DNA of 39,483 nucleotides from Octopus sinensis (taxonomy: Eukaryota): positions 1-39,483 of the forward strand of contig NW_021833400.1 in NCBI RefSeq assembly GCF_006345805.1. The letters run 5' to 3'. The translations under genes were made by a program, and so were the position numbers. The notes under the pieces are model-generated. The model saw only the letters and a list, made by a program, of their open reading frames with translations. It had not been told where the DNA came from and made no database searches. Positions within the stretch are counted from its first letter, which is position 1. Every line of letters starts with the position of its first letter. Shown piece by piece: positions 33,249 to 39,483 of the stretch.

Positions 33249-33712
33249 TAATGTCTACTTCAGATACACTATATATACGAAACTTATAACACTAAACTTT
33301 ATATACTGAACTAAAGGCAAGCGCTTCAACGATACCGCTATGTACAAAGAAGACATATATTCCTTTAACAACTTCACCCCATCCAGCTTCCGTTCTATGG
33401 TTTTCTGTCGCTATTCACAAACTTCGCAACGGCATTTGTGGTATAAGGTAAACAGAATCTGTTCGTCTTTTATAATTAAATTGAAACACTTGTCTGTCCA
33501 TTTTTTTTCTATTACGTGTTTCTAGTCAATATTATTCGACCAAGATATACGATATCAGTTTAACAATATGTGATAGAAATATGTAATTTATTCACATTTT
33601 ACGTATCACATAATTCCCAACACACTCGTAAAAGGAAATATAACCAAATTTACTAGTCTCTGGCTGATAAAATTTAATAGACTACACCACTCCTACAAAA
33701 TTTGTGGCGTTC

Positions 33713-34280
33713 GGCCAAATCGAGAAAGTGTCGAATAAAATCAAGAAATATCTACGGTATTTCTTCCAGATCCTAAGTTCTGAGTTCAAATCACCCTGAA
33801 GTCCACTTTTATTCTTCTAGAATCGATCAATTAAAATACGAGTTATAAAATGAGGTCGATATAATCAACTCTTTCTGTCCTAAGTTTTCAAGTTCTGTAA
33901 CTCTGTTGATAACAATTAGAATTGTTAGAGCGTCGGAGGAAATCCCTGTGGTATTTGTTCGGTCTTGTTATTTTCCGAGTTCAAATCCAGCCGAGATCAG
34001 CTGTGTCTCTCTTTCTTCCTGGATCAATAAAATAAAGTAGTAGTCAAGAGCTGGGTCGACTGTGTCGACTAACCCAACGATCTGCTGTTAAAATTGCTTG
34101 CCTTCATCCTAAATCAGAAATAAATGATAATGCCAGCACGATGGCAGCATCGTTAAAGCATTGGAAAAACTGGATTGCGTTCTTTCTTCCCGTTCAAATC
34201 CAGCTGATGTTATATTTACCTTTCATCCTTTAAGGGTCGATAAAATAAAGTGCAATCAAGGACCAAGGTCGATGCTGGCA
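33713..34280 (+). mobile_element. Three old family A SINE copies, head to tail
   Basis: B boxes (G)TTCAAATC at about 33785, 33982 and 34192, each followed by central-domain remnants. Confidence 0.6.
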
Positions 34281-34408
34281 TTGGGCTTAATTTACAAACC
34301 ATTATAAGGAGAACTGTTTGGCAGAGTCGTGAGATCGTCAGGCAAAATGGTTAGCCAGAGACTAGTAAATTTAGTTATATTTCCTTTTACGAGTGTGTTG
34401 GGAATTTA

Positions 34409-34641
34409 AAGGCAGCGAGCTGGCAGAAACGTTAGCGCGCCGGACGAAATGCTGAGCGGTATTTCGTCTGCCGCTACGTTCTGAGTTCAAATTCCGCCGA
34501 GGTCGACTTTGCCTTTCATCCTTTCGGGGTCGATAAATTAAGTACCAGTTACACACTGGGGTCGATGTAATAGACTTAATACCTATGTCTGTCCTTGTTT
34601 GTCCCCTCTATATTTAGCTCCTTGTGGGTAATAAAGAAATA
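34409..34641 (+). mobile_element. Young family A SINE inserted in an older A copy
   Basis: Near-consensus sequence. An old head precedes it (34320-34356) and an old body resumes at GGTATTTCC (34642-34730). Confidence 0.88.
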
Positions 34642-35544
34642 GGTATTTCCTTCTGGTTCTTTACTACATGTGTTCAAATCTCGCTGAAGCGAACATGCTC
34701 TTTCATCTCTCCGGGATCGATAGAGTATAGTAAACCTTTCTTCGTTTATCTCGGGTTCATTCATCAACGATCTGAATTACCACTGTATACTCAATTGTTA
34801 CGTGTCAGGTTTATCACGATTTGATCTGGGATTATACGGAGCTGTCATCACAGAAGTGCACAACGGTGGCCATCCACAATGCTCGGTAGAACTTGGATTC
34901 CAGGACCGAAACTTTTACTCCCACATCTACTAGTATTAAACTATGTTTCTTTTCGCACGACATCTTTTTGAAACCAAACCCCGTGATAAACGAAGACAGA
35001 TGTATGATACAAGTCAAGCACCGAACTCGGTGTAAACCGCTAATACCCCGCCCTATAAATCTCTAGCCTTGTGCCTATGTTAGAAGCATTATTGTAATTG
35101 CTGGTGCTGTTTTGGTTATTGTTGTTCTTATGTTGTTGTTTTCGTTGTAGTTGTATCTTGCTCCCGTTGCTCTTTGTCATTCTGGCAAGAACTACTTCCC
35201 CATTGCCCCCGTGGCTGGTTTAAAACATCCTAATTATCATTTTTTTAATAGATGGATCGTTTCCTTTCTCTTTTTTTCTCTCTGTATCCTATCGCTTAAA
35301 AGTGCTACAAAGACAGGTGAAGAACATATTTGAATTCTTTAAATCTGTTTTTTTTTTTTTTCTTTCGGTTTCATTTTCCATCTCGTATTCAGTCCGGGTA
35401 TATCCAAAACTAGATTAACCTGGGAATCACTCGTAATTTTTTTGCTTTTAATGATGTTCGAGAGTGTATTGAAGGAGAATGTAGTAAGGCAAGCAACGAC
35501 GTACGCATAAGGATCACTCGCTAGGTCGAGTTACAGTAGGCAAT

Positions 35545-35553
35545 ATCTATTTA

Positions 35554-35628
<75 letters not shown>

Positions 35629-36036
35629 ATCTATCTATATCTATCTATATTTATCTATCTATATCTATCTGTTTATATCTATCTATCTATATCTATATAT
35701 ATTTATCTAACTATATCTATCTATCTATCTATATCTATATATATATCTAGGTCGAGTAGTAAGAAAAAAGAATATATATACCTATAAGATATATGGGCGT
35801 ATATATATAATATATTATATATATATATATAATATATACACATTTTTGTATGTATATATAGTAGATGTATAGATATATATACATGCATGTAATTAATATA
35901 TATATATGTTAATATATATCTGTATGTATGATATATAAAATATATACCGGTATGTATGTATATAAACATGTATGCATTGTATTATATATATATATATACT
36001 ATAATAGATATTACATATGTATATAATGGAGATGTA

Positions 36037-36098
<62 letters not shown>
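35545..36098. repeat. (TCTA)n and (TA)n low-complexity block
   Basis: Read directly from the sequence. Confidence 0.95.
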
Positions 36099-36101
<3 letters not shown>

Positions 36102-36653
36102 AACAGGATATCACTTATCTCATAAATCTTCTCCTAAGGCTTTAACAAATTAGCTGAAATTAACTGTAAACAGAAATCGAAACCGGTCATCGCCTTGTCA
36201 CGCAGAGAGAATATATCAACAGTAAAACTCGAAAAATAATATCTACTCTTTATTCTCTTCGCTTATGTAAATATTTCTATAATTACGAGTTTCCTTCTTC
36301 TTCTTCTTAGAAAGAATTATGTCATGACAAACAAAAAACAGTATTTTACTATAATACTAACTGTAAAAAATGTTGCCCGGATAGAAAGATTATAGTCATA
36401 TGTTTAGTGAGATTAAAAAAAAAAAAAGGAAATAATAGAAATGGTGGCTATTTGCGGTAAAGATATTCCAATGAAAACTTCTACTCGGTGCAAATACAAC
36501 AGATATGATATTTCTCTGTGAAAGAGATGGGGAAAAGACTTTAGACACAGTAATGGATATCAGCTGCTCAGCAGATGTGAATATTTTTATCTTAAGTTTT
36601 GCGAAAAAAACGGAGGAAAACGTGAGTATAATTGTTATCGTTAGCATTCTCAA

Positions 36654-36826
36654 GACGGCGAGGTGGCAGAGCCGTTAAGCACGTCTTTATGTTCCGAGTT
36701 CAATTTCCGCTGAGCTCGGCTTTGTCCTTCATCCCCCTACGGATCTATACAATAAATACCAGGTCGATGTAATCAACTATCCCGTTGTCTTGATTTTCAG
36801 GTCTTGTACTTAAAGTAGAAAGACAA
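36654..36826 (+). mobile_element. Internally deleted family A SINE with A2 tail
   Basis: GGCGAGGTGGCAGAGCCGTTAAG, GAGTTCAATTTCC and GGTCGATGTAATCAACT. Confidence 0.65.
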
Positions 36827-37099
36827 GATCGTGGCGAGAGATGTATAAGAGAAAATACACCTAAGAATGTCGGCTTAAATACGGTGTATAGTATGCAGTT
36901 ACACCCTCACTTGTAGTGAGTTCAATTCTTACCGAGGAAAAACTGTCTTTATATTTTATCTAACAACATTAGTAAAATGCCTCTAGAAATTACCTCAAAT
37001 GGTAGCGCCCCTCAGTACCATTGCTAGGTCGAAGATTCTGGAAATTATCCATAGATTTCACTGATGTGAATTTCCTACAGAAAAGACCATCTAGTTCGT

Positions 37100-37950
37100 T
37101 TTCGCCTACACCTATAGTTTCCCCAGGAACACGATCACCCTTCCTCGAGACAAATCTCCTTTAAATTACTAGAGTGGATCATTCATCGATCCCGTTGCTC
37201 GAATGGTAGAGGATGGTCTGCAGCATACGACAGTTTAGGCGCATCCAAACACGGTCTTTGCTTTCTGCAGGGCAGCAGCTTGCTCAAGGAAACTAGTTGC
37301 ATAATGTTGTTCCTTAGGAACGGTGCCTACACCCATTAAACGTCTATGAATTTTTACAGGAAGCGCTGCCTCAGTAAATGCCTGCGTATCAGCAGCTAGG
37401 CAGGGCAAATCCGCTATGCACGTGGGGCTGGTAGTAGGTGGTCTGCCTAACCAGTGGAACGCGTCTCTTCATCAGAAATCGGGTAACGAACATTGTCGTC
37501 TTATCAGACACGATACTCGAGTAGAGAAATAAAAAAGGTGATATAGACATTCGCCGCCTTCGCCCGACCATTCAGAGAAAGTTTCCTCTCGGCTAATTTT
37601 CGGGTAAGTCTGGCTCCACTTTTCGCTACATCGACGCAATTCTAATATACGTGGAGGTCAAGATCAAACTTAATCCGATCGCGATAGGCCACGTGATGAG
37701 AATGTATAGAGAGCCATTGAAGATGGATGAGAGTGAGCTCCAGAGATTATCTATTCGCTTATCTCGTATTTGTAGCGTTCAGAGGTCTTTAAATAAGTGA
37801 CCTTGCTTCCAAGCTGACCTCGGAGCGAATTTTCTCACCCGATCCAGAGAGAAGCCATGTCAGCTGGAGAGAAAAGAAATTTGAGTGGTACACTCACCTT
37901 GGTCCTACAGAAAGTCAGTTGATTCAGCCTAGCCTCGTCTATGGTTGAGC
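37100..37950 (-). mobile_element. Decayed L1/Tx1-type LINE ORF2 fragment
   Basis: Manual translation gives FDLDLHVY*NCVDVAKSGARLTRKLAERKLSLNGRAKAANVYI and FLMKRRVPLVRQTTYYQPHVHSGFALP. These resemble the L1/Tx1 post-RT motifs (W..R.LSL.GR; F.W.G...VR....P...GGLG.P). Boundaries are approximate. Confidence 0.6.
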
Positions 37951-38617
37951 GGGAACTTTTGAAAGGCACAGCATTTCTACTGAACTATTTTTCATAAAAT
38001 AACTCCACAGCAAATAGAAAATAAAACTGTTCCCAATTCTCTGCATGCTTGCGAATCGGTGTATATTTAGATTCTAAATTTAGGCGCTCTGGAGGAAAAT
38101 CTCGATAAAGCCTCCCCCATTGATAACAAACTTTTTTTTATTATTTATGACCTCCTCCCTCTTCAATTCAGTCTTGTTCTTTCCATCAACACTAATTCTA
38201 ATGAACTTTCTTATGTAACTTTGCAGTTGCAGTTGTTAGCCTTGTGACTGATTTATCTTTTTTCTGTGTTTTTATTTTCTGCCAGAGATGATGTGGGGTG
38301 GGCTGATGGGTTGCAGTTAAGATGTGTTCGTGGTTTTCATTTATCTTGTTGCTGTTGTTGATCTTGTTCTTTATGTTGTTGTCGATAATGATGTTGTTGA
38401 AATTTTAGTGGAGTTTTTGATATGTTGTAACCCTGAAGGAGGTGTCAGCCGCTCTTTTGAATAGCTCTGCTCTCATCGTGGGGCGGCGGTTTCTCCCAAC
38501 AATGTTTTCCCTCAGTTACAGACCTCTATAGTTTAGTTTGTGATCTCGACTTCGCTGTTTGGCGATATTCTCCACCCAAAGATTTCCGGGGTATCCGAGG
38601 ATGGAAATGAGTCTCTA

Positions 38618-39319
38618 CAGACGTGGCTGTGTGATAAGAAGCTTCATTTCCAACCATGTAGATCCAATTTCAGTTTCACTACACGGCATCTTGTTAGAGT
38701 GTCTTCTAATATAGCTCCTGGCCGACCAAAATCATGTGAGTGGATTTGGTCGACGGGAATTGGAAGAAGCCCGTCGTATGTATATGTGTGTGCGTGTATG
38801 TGTGTGTGTGAGTGTCTGCATGTGTGTGTGTGTGCACGGGAGTGCGTCTTTGTGTCTGCATGTGTGTGTGTGTATGTGTGTGTGTGTGTGTGTGTGCACG
38901 GGAGTGCGTCTTTGTGTCTGCATGTGTGTGTGTGTGTGTTTGTCTGCATGTGTGTGTGTGTACACGGGAGTGCGCCATTGTGTCTGCATGTGTTTGTGTG
39001 CATGTGTGTGTATCTGCATGTGTGTGCGTGTGTGTGTCTACATGTGTGTGTATGTGTGTGTGTGTGTCTGCACACGTGAGTACGTCTTTGTGTCTTCGTT
39101 CGTCTCTCACCACTGTTTGATAACCGGTATTGGTGTGCTTATTTTCCTCTAACCTAGCGGTTCCGCAAAACAGACCGAACGAATAAGTACCAGGCTAACA
39201 AAAAGAAAAAAAAAAGTAAAAACATAAGTACTAGGGTCGATACATTCGACTAACAATTCTTCTAAGCGGTGCCCCAGCATGGCCGCAGTCCAATGACTGA
39301 AACAAGCAACAGATAAAAG
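38618..39319 (+). mobile_element. Family B SINE with its linker expanded to a minisatellite of about 310 bp
   Basis: 5' half at 38618-38775, linker with CACGGGAGTGCG units at 38835, 38897 and 38963, and 3' half at 39085-39319. Confidence 0.85.
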
Positions 39320-39483
39320 CTGTATTTGCTTGTGTGTAAACATCTGTATTATGAATGCTTGAATTTGGATAAACCTCGTTCCGGTATTTCCTTTCAACCA
39401 CTTCATGTAGCCGACAGACGTGTTATCACTGACTTTTTCATTGCACCGAATTACGCAGATCTTTCGTTTACATGTTTGGGTGC

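Noticed and set aside
37455-37480. Minus-strand CTGATGA
   Set aside because: It lies in the LINE ORF remnant with no stem II or GAAA; a chance match.

Overview
This is repeat-dominated, AT-rich eukaryotic non-coding DNA with no supportable intact protein-coding gene and no CRISPR array. Most listed ORFs are microsatellite read-throughs. The tRNA-headed SINE families and very high microsatellite load suggest an octopus (coleoid cephalopod) genome; this is inference from remembered repeat families, not a database result. Supported features are: many copies of several tRNA-derived SINE families (labelled A, B, E, F and G here), often nested or multimeric; a decayed 1,153-bp mariner with 37-bp TIRs and TA duplication (14555-15707); a 5'-truncated RTE-type LINE with an 11-bp TSD (20232-20605); a decayed L1/Tx1-type ORF2 remnant; a Penelope-like endonuclease remnant; a 5S rRNA pseudogene; and a tRNA-like gene in a 314-bp tandem unit. 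The most notable signal is three unrelated Penelope-like repeat families carrying minimal type I hammerhead ribozyme motifs (7768-8407 and 11030-11427; 29516-29834; 31980-32040). One family places a tRNA-like Pol III promoter upstream of the ribozyme. Other notable structures are a SINE-multimer junction shared by five loci and perfect foldback hairpins of 37 bp (31316-31393) and 20 bp (22232-22273). All alignments were done by eye; repeat boundaries are approximate unless a TSD or TIR defines them.
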